This document shows, one piece after another, positions 27,677-37,851 of a stretch of 64,000 bases of DNA. Below the pieces are notes generated by a model. The model was not told where the DNA came from and did not search any database. It saw only the letters and a program-made list of their open reading frames with translations. The translations under genes were made by a program, and so were the position numbers. The DNA comes from a virus: IMG/VR virus record IMGVR_UViG_3300025304_000053; one strand, written 5' to 3'. Position 1 is the first letter of the stretch. The number at the start of each line of letters is the position of its first letter.

Positions 27677-27705
27677 TTGACATGTCGACCCGAACGTGGT
27701 ATACT
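27677..27705 (+). promoter_or_regulatory. Near-consensus sigma70 promoter
   Basis: TTGACA-17 nt-TATACT. Confidence 0.75.
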
Positions 27706-27818
27706 TGAAGGTTGGCCTGCCGGAGGGGGTGGGTCGATCTTCGGGACCGTCGGGCTGGGTATCGGCGTCGGGGGTTATCGTTAGTGCTAACTCAGAAAAT
27801 CCCAAGAGGTGTGGTTGC

Positions 27819-28478
27819 ATGCGGTATGCAAACGACAATCGTTGCGATGGCCTGAATGAGGTGATTGCCAGTTTCAAGGGCGGGGCCGACCGCATCATTG
27901 TTTACGTCTTGTCGTCAGGAGATGGAGATCCATTGGATCCGTCGAACTGCAGATATATCGGGCTCACTTGCCAAGGTCTACGCGCAAGGCTTTCCGGTCA
28001 TATAGCGGAATCATCGACTAAGCATCCTGACGGGTCATTCAAATCTGAAACGCACCGAGCTCGGTGGATACGGTCTGTAATTTCCAATGAGGGACGAGAC
28101 GCGCTTCGCATCACGCCTGTGATAACTGGCCTATCGTGTGATCGTGGTGCGACCGGCGCCGGGGCGGCAGAAAAGGCTCTGATTATTGCCTACCGGGCGG
28201 CAGGAGCTAGGTTGACGAATTCCACGGTCGGTGGCGAGGGTGTTCCGGCTTCAGGTGGCGAGAAGCGCGTAACCAAGAACGAATACATGCGCACATACCT
28301 AGCCAACAGACGTGCCAATGACCCTGAATATGCTGCAAAGCAGCGGGAAGCAAACCGCAAGAGCATGGCCACTAGGTACGCGAACGATAATGAGTTCCGC
28401 GAGCAGGCGCTCCAGAAGTCGCGCGAGTACGGCGCAGACTATAGGTTGCGAAAACGCATGGAGCGAGAGGCGGCATAG
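27819..28478 (+). CDS. GIY-YIG-like endonuclease inserted before terS
   Basis: IVYVL...RYIGLT...RLSGH...E...I; basic C-terminal helix. Confidence 0.65.
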   Translation: MRYANDNRCDGLNEVIASFKGGADRIIVYVLSSGDGDPLDPSNCRYIGLTCQGLRARLSGHIAESSTKHPDGSFKSETHRARWIRSVISNEGRDALRITPVITGLSCDRGATGAGAAEKALIIAYRAAGARLTNSTVGGEGVPASGGEKRVTKNEYMRTYLANRRANDPEYAAKQREANRKSMATRYANDNEFREQALQKSREYGADYRLRKRMEREAA

Positions 28479-28946
28479 ATGGCTTCGAGAAGGAAGGCAC
28501 GCATTGACAGCGCAGCCGAGGCCGTGCGCGTGATGGCGAAGGCTACCACCGAAATACTCCCGCCGACAAACGTACCGCTTGATGACGGTGACTTGCCGTT
28601 CTTCCGCAATGTCGTCGCCGAGTTCGCACGGTCGGAATGGTCTGATCACCAGCTTGAGCTTGCCGCGATGCTTGCCAGAACGATGGCTGACTTAGTTAGA
28701 GAGCAGGCTCTGCTGCGAGACGAGGGTGGCGTGTCTGTGACCGAAAAAGGCACGATGATGGCTAATCCGCGCAAGACGATCGTTCAAATGCATGCCGCGT
28801 CTATCCTGTCATTTAGACGTTCTCTGGCACTTCATGCGAGGGCCCAACAGGGCGAAGCAAGAGACGCGGCCAAGAGACGCGAGGCGGCAAAGCAAATTGA
28901 GGGTGACAACCCACTAGAGGACGATCTTCTGGCGAGGCCTGGATGA
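28479..28946 (+). CDS. Terminase small subunit (P27-like)
   Basis: Position; G...ANP motif; LAL..RA. Confidence 0.8.
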   Translation: MASRRKARIDSAAEAVRVMAKATTEILPPTNVPLDDGDLPFFRNVVAEFARSEWSDHQLELAAMLARTMADLVREQALLRDEGGVSVTEKGTMMANPRKTIVQMHAASILSFRRSLALHARAQQGEARDAAKRREAAKQIEGDNPLEDDLLARPG

Positions 28947-28996
28947 GGTCTCGCGCGCGATCGCGCATTGCGCGCACGCGAGGGTAATTTTCCAGC

Positions 28997-30586
28997 ATGG
29001 CAAAGAAGCCAAGGCCACTCACCCGCGGCGAGCGTGTGATAGCGTTCATCGAACGCTATTGCTTGGTCCCAGAAGGAACCTTGCTTGGCAAGCCAGTAAA
29101 ACTGCTGCCGTTCCAGCGTAAATTCATCCTGGCCGTGTATGACAATCCGGCAGGTACATCGCGAGCATATCTCTCGATCGCACGTAAGAACGGCAAGACC
29201 GGCCTTATCGCCTGCCTTTTGTTGGCCCACATTGTCGGTCCAGAGGCATACCAAAACGGCCGCATCGTCTCAGGTGCACGGTCGCGCAAGCAGGCAGCCG
29301 AGGTTTTCAACTACGCAGCCAAGATGGTGATGATGTCGCCGGAGCTTTCGAGGCTCGCGCGAATCGTGCCGTCAGCAAAGATGATCGTCGGCCTCGCCAA
29401 GAACGTTGAATACCAGGCCAGTTCGGCCGAGGCAAAGAGCGCGCATGGCGGTTCGCCCATCCTGGCCATCCTTGACGAGGTTGGCCAGATTAAGGGTCCG
29501 ACGGATGACTTCGTAGAGGCAATCGAGACTTCACAGGGCGCCTATGAAGGCCGGGCGATGCTGTTCGCTATATCGACGCAGGCCGCTACTGACAACGACC
29601 TTTTCTCACGCTGGATCGATGACGCAGAAACGTCGAAGGATCCGCGTATTGTAAGCCATATTTATTCAGCGCCGGCCGATTGCGATCTCGATGACCGTGA
29701 AGCGTGGGCGGCTGCCAATCCGGCGCTCGGCGTATTCAGGTCGATCAAGGACGTCGAAGACTTCTCGCTCCTGGCGAGCCGAATGCCTACCAAGGAATCT
29801 AGCTTTCGCTGGCTTTTCCTCAATCAACGTATTGACGCCTCGGCGCCATTCGTTTCGCCTGCGGTCTGGCGCGCTTGTGACGGATCGGTTGATGATTTTG
29901 CGGAGCTGCCAGTTTTCGGCGGACTTGACCTGTCAGAAGTATCGGACTTGACGGCCTTGGCGCTGATGGCGCCGAAGGAGACGGAAGCAGGCACCATATG
30001 GCATGTGAGGCCGACATTTTGGCTTCCTGGCGATAATTTGCGCGAGAAAGCTAAAGCCGACCGCGTTCCATACGACGTCTGGCATTCTAATGGCTTGCTG
30101 GAGGCGCCCGACGGCCCAACGGTAGATTACGAGTATGTCGCTCACCACCTGCGCGAACTGTTCGACAAGTTGGACGTCAGGAAGATCGCATTTGACCGAT
30201 GGAACTGGCGGCACCTCAAACCTTGGCTTCAAAAAGCTGGCTTCACGGAAGATCAATTGGATGGCGACAATGCCGTTTTTGAGCAATTCGGCCAGGGTTT
30301 TGCGTCAATGTCACCGGCGCTCCGTGACCTTGAGAGCTTGATTCTTAACAAGAAGATAGCCCACGGCGGGCATCCGGTTCTCACGATGTGCATGATGAAT
30401 GCCACCGTGAAGCAGGATCCGAGCGGAAACCGTAAGCTAGACAAGCAAAAGTCACGCGGTCGCATCGACGGCGCGGTCGCCCTTGCAATGGCTGCTGCGA
30501 TGGCCGGGACTTACGAGTCACCAGCATCGGGCACTTCCTTCTGGTCGGTCCTCGACCCTGAGACGGATTATTCGGCCGCTGCCTAG
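28997..30586 (+). CDS. Terminase large subunit
   Basis: ARKNGKT Walker A, ILDE Walker B, GLDLS, IDGAVA. Confidence 0.95.
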   Translation: MAKKPRPLTRGERVIAFIERYCLVPEGTLLGKPVKLLPFQRKFILAVYDNPAGTSRAYLSIARKNGKTGLIACLLLAHIVGPEAYQNGRIVSGARSRKQAAEVFNYAAKMVMMSPELSRLARIVPSAKMIVGLAKNVEYQASSAEAKSAHGGSPILAILDEVGQIKGPTDDFVEAIETSQGAYEGRAMLFAISTQAATDNDLFSRWIDDAETSKDPRIVSHIYSAPADCDLDDREAWAAANPALGVFRSIKDVEDFSLLASRMPTKESSFRWLFLNQRIDASAPFVSPAVWRACDGSVDDFAELPVFGGLDLSEVSDLTALALMAPKETEAGTIWHVRPTFWLPGDNLREKAKADRVPYDVWHSNGLLEAPDGPTVDYEYVAHHLRELFDKLDVRKIAFDRWNWRHLKPWLQKAGFTEDQLDGDNAVFEQFGQGFASMSPALRDLESLILNKKIAHGGHPVLTMCMMNATVKQDPSGNRKLDKQKSRGRIDGAVALAMAAAMAGTYESPASGTSFWSVLDPETDYSAAA

Positions 30587-30616
30587 CCCATCGGGCATAA
30601 AAACAAGGAATTCCCG

Positions 30617-31861
30617 ATGGGTTTTTGGAGCAAGGTGTTCGGTCGCGAGTCCGAGCAGAAAGCCGTGTCGTTTGACCCGGTGTGGCTTGATTTCTTCGGC
30701 TCGCGCACCTCAAAGGCAGGCGTTCCCGTTTCTTGGGAGCGCGCCATGGATGTCAGCACTGTCTTTGCCTGCATCCGCGTAATCGCCAACGGCGTCGCGC
30801 AGGTACCGCTGCGCGTCATGAAGGAGTTGCCAGACGGCAAGGGCGGGGTTCCGGCCACGGAGCACCCACTTTATGCTGTTCTGAACCGTCGCCCGAACAA
30901 GTGGATGACGTCTTTCGAGCTTCGCGAGACGCTGATTTTCCATGCCGCGCTGACCGGCAATGCCTTTTTCTACAAGAATATCGTCCGCGGCAAGGTCGTC
31001 GAACTTATCCCGATAGACCCCGGCAGCGTAACCATCACGCGGCATAACGACTATTCGTTGACCTATCGCGTTACGGGGCTGGATGGCAGTTCAGTCGAGC
31101 TTCCTCAGTCGCTGATCTGGCACGTCAAAGGACCTTCATGGGACACGTGGCGCGGCCTTGACGCTGTTCAGCAGGCGCGCGAGGCAATTGGCCTCACGAT
31201 TGCTACGGAAAACACTCAGGCCGAGCTTCACGCCAATGGCCTGCAGATGTCAGGCACATACTCGACCGAGCAGAAGATCGCGCCGGAAGAATATATCAAA
31301 ATCCAGAAATGGATTGCGGCTCAAACAGGCGGCGCGAACAAGCATAAGCCGTTTGTCATCGATGCAGGGTTTAAGTGGACCCAGCAGTCCATGACTGGCG
31401 TCGATGCGCAGCATCTCGATACGAGAAAATTCCAAACCGAGCAGGTTTGCCAGTCGCTTGGTGTGTTTCCGCAGATGATCGGCCATGCTGGTCAGGCAAT
31501 GACCTTCGCGAGCGCCGAACAGGTGTTTCTGGCGCACGTCGTGCACACGCTTGGCCCATGGTGGGAGAGAATCCAGCAGTCAATCGACGTAAATTTGCTC
31601 GATGGCCCAGAGGATGTTGGTTATTACGCGAAATTCAACGCGAACGGCCTGCTTAAGGGCGCCCACCAAGACCGCGCCGAGTTCTATTCCAAGGCTTTGG
31701 GGACCGGAGGGTCGCCGGCTTACATGACGCCGAACGAAATTCGAGCGCTGGAAGACCTCAATCCGATTGCTGGCGGCGATGAATTGCCGAAACCGACAAA
31801 CGTTGGTGGCGCTCCCGCGCCTAAAAAGCCGTCGTCCGGCGGACAGGATCCAAAAACATGA
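30617..31861 (+). CDS. Portal protein, HK97 family
   Basis: VFACIRVIA, PNKWMT, GNAF, TPNEIRALE. Confidence 0.95.
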   Translation: MGFWSKVFGRESEQKAVSFDPVWLDFFGSRTSKAGVPVSWERAMDVSTVFACIRVIANGVAQVPLRVMKELPDGKGGVPATEHPLYAVLNRRPNKWMTSFELRETLIFHAALTGNAFFYKNIVRGKVVELIPIDPGSVTITRHNDYSLTYRVTGLDGSSVELPQSLIWHVKGPSWDTWRGLDAVQQAREAIGLTIATENTQAELHANGLQMSGTYSTEQKIAPEEYIKIQKWIAAQTGGANKHKPFVIDAGFKWTQQSMTGVDAQHLDTRKFQTEQVCQSLGVFPQMIGHAGQAMTFASAEQVFLAHVVHTLGPWWERIQQSIDVNLLDGPEDVGYYAKFNANGLLKGAHQDRAEFYSKALGTGGSPAYMTPNEIRALEDLNPIAGGDELPKPTNVGGAPAPKKPSSGGQDPKT

Positions 31862-32595
31862 CAATTAAGGGTGTCGGTGCTATCGAGCACCGCAGTTTTG
31901 GTCTCGGCGAGCTCAAAGTAGCCGATATCAGCGCTTCCGACGGCGAAATGACGTTTTCAGGTTACGGCGCGGTGTTCAACAATGTTGACGCAGGCGATGA
32001 CCTGATCTTGAAGGGCGCATTTGCCGAGACGATCAAATCAGCAAAATCCACCGGAATCTGGCCCGCAATGCTGTCTCAGCATGGTGTTTACGGCAGCCAG
32101 ATGACCCCGATTGGGGTCTGGACCGAGATGAAAGAGGACAATGTTGGCCTCTACGTCGAGGGAAAGCTCGCCAACACGGAACGCGGTCGGGAAGTCTATG
32201 AGCTTCTGAAAATGAAGCCACGACCTGCGATTTCTGGCCTTTCCATTGGTTACCGAGCCAAGGAATGGACGCTTCGCAGCACACCAACCGAGCCGCGGCG
32301 CACGTTGAAGGCCGTTGATCTGCTGGAATGCAGCCTTGTCACGTTCCCGATGAACGGAAAGGCGCGCATTTTGAGCGTCAAATCTGAATTTAATCCGCGC
32401 GAAATCGAAGATGCCCTGCGTGAAGCAGGTTTGTCGCGGGCGGACAGCGTGAAAGCTGTTGCGGTCTTCAAGAATGCGCTTCGAGACGAAGCGGAACAGG
32501 ACACGACTCCTCGTGATGAGGATGTGACGGCCAAAAAGAGCGAAGTCGAGCTTACCGAGCTGGCTACGCGCATCAAAGCGCTGATCGCCGGCTAA
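31858..32595 (+). CDS. Prohead protease (HK97 type)
   Basis: FSGYGAVF, GLSIGY, LLECSLVTFP. Confidence 0.92.
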   Translation: MTIKGVGAIEHRSFGLGELKVADISASDGEMTFSGYGAVFNNVDAGDDLILKGAFAETIKSAKSTGIWPAMLSQHGVYGSQMTPIGVWTEMKEDNVGLYVEGKLANTERGREVYELLKMKPRPAISGLSIGYRAKEWTLRSTPTEPRRTLKAVDLLECSLVTFPMNGKARILSVKSEFNPREIEDALREAGLSRADSVKAVAVFKNALRDEAEQDTTPRDEDVTAKKSEVELTELATRIKALIAG

Positions 32596-32647
32596 CCAGG
32601 CTGCGGCACGCTCACCAACCCACCACCACATCACCAAGGAGACCACC

Positions 32648-33940
32648 ATGACGGACAAAACCGCCATCGAACAGGTCATGACTGCCTTCGAAGAATTTAA
32701 GGCAACCAATGACGCCGCCATCCTCGAGCTGAAGAAGAAGGGCGTCAACGACCCGCTCGTCACCGAGAAGCTGAACAAGATTGAAACCACTCTCGCTTCT
32801 TTCGAAGACGCTAACCAGAAGGCAACTGCTGCTCTGCTGGAGGCCAAGAAGGCCGCCGACGAAGAGAAGAAGCACGTCGACGAACTGGAAGCCAAGCTCA
32901 ATCTTCTTTCGCTTAAGGGTTCGTCCGATCCGGCCGAACGCAAGGCTGAACTGAAGTCCAAGGTTGAGGCGTGGTCGCGCGCGGTCGTGGGCGCCAACCT
33001 CGTCGGTATCCACAATCTTTCTGCCGAACAGCAGAAGGCGCTGGCGGATGTCGCAGCCGAATACAAGGCCATGGGCATCGCAAATGACACCACTGGCGGC
33101 TATCTTGCGCCGGCGGAGTACATTCGCGAGATCATCAAGGGCGTCACCGACGTCTCCCCGGTCCGCTCGCTGGCACGCGTTCGCCAGACCGCAGCCAAGG
33201 CCATCATGATCCCGAAGCGCACCGGCCAGTTTGCGGCGCAGTGGGTTGCTGACCAGGGCACGAAGTCCGAGACCGACGGTCTGCGCTACGGCATGTGGGA
33301 AATCCCGACCCACGAGATGTACGCTCTCATCGACATCTCGAACCAGAACCTTGAAGACTCCGCGTTCAACATGGAGTCGGAAATCAGCTTCGAAGCAACC
33401 GAGCAGTTTGCCGTTGCCGAAGGCGCTGCATTCGTTTCCGGCACCGGCGTAGGTCGCCCCGAAGGCATCCTCGTCGCCTCTGGCGTCGGCGGCAACAACT
33501 CCGGTTCCGCCGCCACGATTGCAGACGCCGACGGCCAGGCCAATGGCCTGCTGACGCTGAAGTACAGCCTGAAGTCTTCCTACGCTCGCAACGCGAACTG
33601 GATCATGAACCGCACAACGCTCGGTTCTGTCCGCAAGCTCAAGGATGCGCAGAAGGGCTACATCTGGACTCCCGGCATTGCGCTCGGCGCACCGAACACC
33701 ATCGATGGCGACCCCTACGTCGAAGTTCCTGACATGCCTTCGGAAGGTGCCGGCCTCGTGCCGATCGCATACGGCGATTTCGCCCGTGCGTACACCCTCG
33801 TCGATCGCATCCAGATGGAAATGCTTCGCGACCCGTATACACAGGCAACTAGCGGCAACATCCGTTTCATCTTCCGCCGCCGCCTCGGTGGCCAGGTGAC
33901 GCTTGCTGAAGCGTTCAAGAAGCTGACCTGCGCAGCCTAA
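32648..33940 (+). CDS. Major capsid protein, HK97 fold
   Basis: N-terminal coiled delta domain, GGYLAP, G.G.G.PEG, GDF. Confidence 0.95.
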   Translation: MTDKTAIEQVMTAFEEFKATNDAAILELKKKGVNDPLVTEKLNKIETTLASFEDANQKATAALLEAKKAADEEKKHVDELEAKLNLLSLKGSSDPAERKAELKSKVEAWSRAVVGANLVGIHNLSAEQQKALADVAAEYKAMGIANDTTGGYLAPAEYIREIIKGVTDVSPVRSLARVRQTAAKAIMIPKRTGQFAAQWVADQGTKSETDGLRYGMWEIPTHEMYALIDISNQNLEDSAFNMESEISFEATEQFAVAEGAAFVSGTGVGRPEGILVASGVGGNNSGSAATIADADGQANGLLTLKYSLKSSYARNANWIMNRTTLGSVRKLKDAQKGYIWTPGIALGAPNTIDGDPYVEVPDMPSEGAGLVPIAYGDFARAYTLVDRIQMEMLRDPYTQATSGNIRFIFRRRLGGQVTLAEAFKKLTCAA

Positions 33941-33949
33941 TCCACAGGC

Positions 33950-33978
33950 GGGCGTCCTTCGGGGGCGCCCATTCTTTC
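33950..33978 (+). terminator. Terminator after MCP
   Basis: GGGCGTCC-TTCG-GGGGCGCCC then ATTCTTT. Confidence 0.6.
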
Positions 33979-33998
33979 ACAGAAAAGGAGATAGCCTG

Positions 33999-34430
33999 AT
34001 GGCTTCCAAGGATCTGCATAACAATCTGCACTTTGTGCCGTTGATCGTTCCGGTCGCGGCCCGCACTGACAATACCGCCATCGTTTCGTCGATCATCGAC
34101 ACCGCTGGGTACGAGTCCGTTGAGTTCGTGTTGACCACCGGCACCAACACCGACACCAACGCCACCTTCGCCGTGACGGTTGATGAGGGCGACAACTCTG
34201 GACTTTCTGACGCTGTCGCCGTCACGAACGCAAAGCTGATCGGCACGCTTGCCGAGTCCGGCTTCATCTTCTCCGATGACAACGAGTGCCGCAAGCTCGG
34301 TTACATCGGAAACAAGCGATACGTCCGCCTCACGGTAACGCCGTCTGGCAACGATTCGGGCAACATCTTCATCGCTGGCGTTGCCGTTCTTGGCAATTCG
34401 CGCAGCAAGCCGACTCCGACGCTGTCGTAA
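33999..34430 (+). CDS. Head-associated structural protein
   Basis: Position after MCP; KRYVRL motif. Confidence 0.7.
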   Translation: MASKDLHNNLHFVPLIVPVAARTDNTAIVSSIIDTAGYESVEFVLTTGTNTDTNATFAVTVDEGDNSGLSDAVAVTNAKLIGTLAESGFIFSDDNECRKLGYIGNKRYVRLTVTPSGNDSGNIFIAGVAVLGNSRSKPTPTLS

Positions 34431-34690
34431 TGTTCAAGGTTGTGAAGCCGTTCGCGTTCTCGCTGGACGGCTTCACGCGCGTTGACCTGGACATCGGGGA
34501 CGTGCGTGAAGATTTTGGCTCGCACACCGATGGATTGGTGGCCGAGGGCTATGTCAGCGTCGACGTTGCAAAGCCAGACGTCACACCAACCGCAGTCGTA
34601 TCGGCCCCAGATCCCGCTCCGGCACTGTTCGCTCCGGTTCAGCCGGTTGATGGGCCTGTATCGCCGCGGCGCAAGAGGAATTCACGATGA
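34430..34690 (+). CDS. Small virion-module protein
   Basis: TAATG coupling. Confidence 0.55.
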   Translation: MFKVVKPFAFSLDGFTRVDLDIGDVREDFGSHTDGLVAEGYVSVDVAKPDVTPTAVVSAPDPAPALFAPVQPVDGPVSPRRKRNSR

Positions 34691-35256
34691 GCCTGCGCCT
34701 TGTCTCGGCAATCGGCCCGATAATGACGACCGCCGAGGCCAAGGCGCATCTGCGCGTCTTTCATGACGATGATGACGCCTACATCGATGGCTTGATTGAG
34801 GCGACTGGAGACCACCTATTCGGTGAAAATAGCTGGATTGGTCGGACTTTCGCCGGCGCAACCTGGGAATTGACTTTCTCGTCGTTCCCAGCCGGCTGCG
34901 TGACAATACCGAAGCCACCGCTGGTTTCTGTCGATAACGTCTTCTACGTCCCTGCTGCGGGGGGCTCTGAAGTCGAACTAGTCGGCTTTCGAACTTTAGA
35001 CGTGGGCGTCAGGGACGGTGGCTACATTCTTCCAGCCAAGGGCGAGGCTTGGCCAGCGACCGACGGCGAGCCGGGTTCAGTCAGAATCGAATTCACGGCT
35101 GGATATACCGAATTGCCTGCGTCTATCAGACAGGCAGCGCTGCTCATGATCGGCCATTGGTACGAGAACAGAGAAGCCGCGACAGAAGCTAAGTTGAGCG
35201 ACATGCCAATGGCAGTTGACGCGCTCCTTATGCCTTGCAGAAACTGGCCCTCATAG
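34687..35256 (+). CDS. Head-tail connector (gp6-like)
   Basis: EAKAHLRV..DDD; RQAALLMIGHWYENRE. Confidence 0.9.
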   Translation: MSLRLVSAIGPIMTTAEAKAHLRVFHDDDDAYIDGLIEATGDHLFGENSWIGRTFAGATWELTFSSFPAGCVTIPKPPLVSVDNVFYVPAAGGSEVELVGFRTLDVGVRDGGYILPAKGEAWPATDGEPGSVRIEFTAGYTELPASIRQAALLMIGHWYENREAATEAKLSDMPMAVDALLMPCRNWPS

Positions 35257-35273
35257 GGCGGAAAGAAACACCC

Positions 35274-35684
35274 ATGGCAGACATCACAATCACCGCAACG
35301 AGCGTCGTTGCGGGCAGCAATGCTACGCGCGATGCAGGCATCGCCGGCGAAACCATTACCGCGGGGCAGGTGCTTTACCTTGCCGCGGCCACCAACAAGT
35401 GGATGAAGGCGGATTCGAACGCAGGCACCGCGGAAGCACGCACGCCGAAGGCGATCGCGCTGAACGGTGCGTCTCTTAACCAGCCCGTAGCCATCCTGAA
35501 GGCTGGCGACATCACGATCGGCGCCACGCTGACTGCTGGCGTTGCATACTACCTCAGCGATACCCCCGGCGGCATCTGCCCCGTGGCTGACGTCGGCTCT
35601 GGCGAGTACCCGTGTATCATTGGCATTGCCAAGTCCACTACCGTACTCGCCGTGAACTTCCAGCCTGCCGGCGTTGCGCTCTGA
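35274..35684 (+). CDS. Putative capsid decoration/structural protein
   Basis: AGETITAGQVLY pattern; position. Confidence 0.6.
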   Translation: MADITITATSVVAGSNATRDAGIAGETITAGQVLYLAAATNKWMKADSNAGTAEARTPKAIALNGASLNQPVAILKAGDITIGATLTAGVAYYLSDTPGGICPVADVGSGEYPCIIGIAKSTTVLAVNFQPAGVAL

Positions 35685-35863
35685 TGTGGCTGAAGTTCAC
35701 CGCGGCCTACTGCTGGAAAGCAACGACCGCTGTGAACATCGTTTTCAAGCCGGATGGCGGGCCGTTCAAGGATGGCCGCTATCCGGTGACACGAGAATGC
35801 GCGCGCGAGGCTGTGGCTCATGGAGCGGCTGTGGCGGTCAAAACACCAAAGAGGCCGAGATGA
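35684..35863 (+). CDS. Small hypothetical protein
   Basis: TGATG coupling. Confidence 0.55.
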   Translation: MWLKFTAAYCWKATTAVNIVFKPDGGPFKDGRYPVTRECAREAVAHGAAVAVKTPKRPR

Positions 35864-35988
35864 CAAAATGGTGTGTGGGCCAAAAGGTTGTCTAGTTGGC
35901 GCGCCATCCTTATATGTATCAGCAGCTCGACTCCGTGCTTGCAACACGAAGCCGAGCCTAACCGCCCGATGCTATTGAGGAGCAACGA

Positions 35989-37011
35989 ATGGCTGACGCC
36001 GCACTTAGTGCGCTCTTTGATGGAGCGCAAGTCAAACCTGTCAAGTTGATGATTTGCGTCGAGTGCGGGGAAACGTGCGAGCGCACAAACAACGCACAGA
36101 AGTATTGTCCTCAGTGCAAAAAGGCCGTTGCGCGAGAGCGCAGCAGGTTGGCCAACAACAAGGGCGTTATAGGCTCTATTCGAAAATGCGAGAAATGTTC
36201 AACATCGTTTATCGCATCAGGGTCTCGCCAAAAATTCTGCGTCCACTGTGGCGACGAAGTAAGGTTACAAAACAAACGAGATAGCGAGCGAAGATCCAGG
36301 TCTGAATCCTCCGAGCCAGTCGGCATCAATAAAATATGCGCAATGTGCAATGAGTCATTTGTAAAGACTGGTACATTCCATAGATTTTGCTCTGTAAACT
36401 GCAAAACGATGGCGAAGCGTAAGGGCCGTGCGATGATCGCATGTGTCCGGTGCGGCTGTGATTTCGTGCGATCTGCTGGCGGCAAACATTGCGCGCCCTG
36501 TGGGATCATAAATCTCGCGGAGAAACGAAAAATCTATCTAGCCGAGAATGCTCCCAGATACCGTGAGCATAGGCTTAAATGGGTTGAGAACAACCCAGAA
36601 AAATTAAAGCAATCTCGCAAAGATAGAAAAGAAAATCCCGAGTATAAACTAAAGGAATCGCAGAGGATTAAGGCGCTTCGCAAGTCTGACCCATCTTTTG
36701 TTATCGCCTCTCGAATAAGGGCTTCACTTGGATCGGCTATCCGTGAAAAGAAGGCCGGACGTCATTGGGAAACACTAGTTGGCTACACGCTAGCAGAACT
36801 GATGTCTCATCTCGAAAAACAATTTCTGCCAGGGATGTCTTGGGAAAATCGATGCGACTGGCATATTGACCATATACTTCCCGTTTCATCATTCGTTTTT
36901 GAAGCAAACGATGACAGGGAGGTGCGCGCTTGTTGGGCTTTGTATAACCTTCGTCCCCTTTGGATTGAAGATAATCTTAGCAAAAACGCTAAGCGAACAC
37001 ATTTGATATAG
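35989..37011 (+). CDS. Free-standing HNH endonuclease with multiple CxxC fingers
   Basis: WHIDHILP...NLRPLW..DNLSK; lower GC than flanks. Confidence 0.85.
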   Translation: MADAALSALFDGAQVKPVKLMICVECGETCERTNNAQKYCPQCKKAVARERSRLANNKGVIGSIRKCEKCSTSFIASGSRQKFCVHCGDEVRLQNKRDSERRSRSESSEPVGINKICAMCNESFVKTGTFHRFCSVNCKTMAKRKGRAMIACVRCGCDFVRSAGGKHCAPCGIINLAEKRKIYLAENAPRYREHRLKWVENNPEKLKQSRKDRKENPEYKLKESQRIKALRKSDPSFVIASRIRASLGSAIREKKAGRHWETLVGYTLAELMSHLEKQFLPGMSWENRCDWHIDHILPVSSFVFEANDDREVRACWALYNLRPLWIEDNLSKNAKRTHLI

Positions 37012-37018
37012 GTAAAAA

Positions 37019-37360
37019 ATGGCGTCTGGAGCACTGAGACAAAAAATTGATTTTCAGGCAAGGGTCACCTCTCCCGATGAATATGGTAACGAGCAGACGG
37101 AATGGGTGACGCAATTCGCCGAACCGGCTGAACTTATTCCCTTGAAAGCGGGAGAAAGCGTCATTGCGGCCCGCCTCACAGGGACGCAGCCGTTCGTCAT
37201 CCGTATTCGCAGCAGCCAGCGGGCAAGGGGCGTCACCACAGCGTGGCGAGCCATTGATGCGCGCAATCCATCGCGGATTTTCAACATCACGTCAGTGGCC
37301 AATTTTGACCAGAAGAACGCCTGGCTGGATATGATGGCGACAGAAGGGGTTGCGACCTGA
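37019..37360 (+). CDS. Head closure/head-tail adaptor (SPP1 gp16-like)
   Basis: LRQKI.FQ...DEYG; position. Confidence 0.85.
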   Translation: MASGALRQKIDFQARVTSPDEYGNEQTEWVTQFAEPAELIPLKAGESVIAARLTGTQPFVIRIRSSQRARGVTTAWRAIDARNPSRIFNITSVANFDQKNAWLDMMATEGVAT

Positions 37361-37851
37361 TGGCTATGCGGGCCGAATTGAAGGGCCGCGAGGCGCTGAT
37401 GCGCCGGCTTGAGCAGCTTGCGCCGAACATTGAGAAATACACGGCGCCAGTGAAGCTCAAGGCAGCGGAAGAGCTGGCGGAAGCCATTCGCTCGAAAGCT
37501 CCTACCGGCGCGACCCTAGAATATATGGAAAGCATCGAAGGCGCTACGCTGTCGAGCAGACCAGTCGGGGAGCGGGTCGGCATTACGGCAACGAAAGACC
37601 CGACGGCGGCCGGTCTCTTCGCTGGCTGGATTTGGCACTTTCTGGAATTCGGGACTGCGCCGCACAGCACTGCTAAAGGCGGCGGCACAGTTCTCGGCAA
37701 AAAGCAGGCCGCTGCGGGGCAGGGGCAAATGCATCCTGGTACCAAGGCGCAGCCGCATATCTTTCCGACTTACCGCGCCATGAAGCCTGCAATCCGCAAG
37801 AAAATACTAGCCGCCGTCAACAAGGCGGTTCGCGAAGCGCGAGGCAAATAG
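37360..37851 (+). CDS. HK97 gp10-like neck protein
   Basis: HFLEFGT, AQPHIFP. Confidence 0.85.
   Translation: MAMRAELKGREALMRRLEQLAPNIEKYTAPVKLKAAEELAEAIRSKAPTGATLEYMESIEGATLSSRPVGERVGITATKDPTAAGLFAGWIWHFLEFGTAPHSTAKGGGTVLGKKQAAAGQGQMHPGTKAQPHIFPTYRAMKPAIRKKILAAVNKAVREARGK

Noticed and set aside
32038-33313. Long minus-strand ORFs (351 aa, 233 aa) over protease/capsid genes
   Set aside because: Antisense shadows of the HK97 head genes
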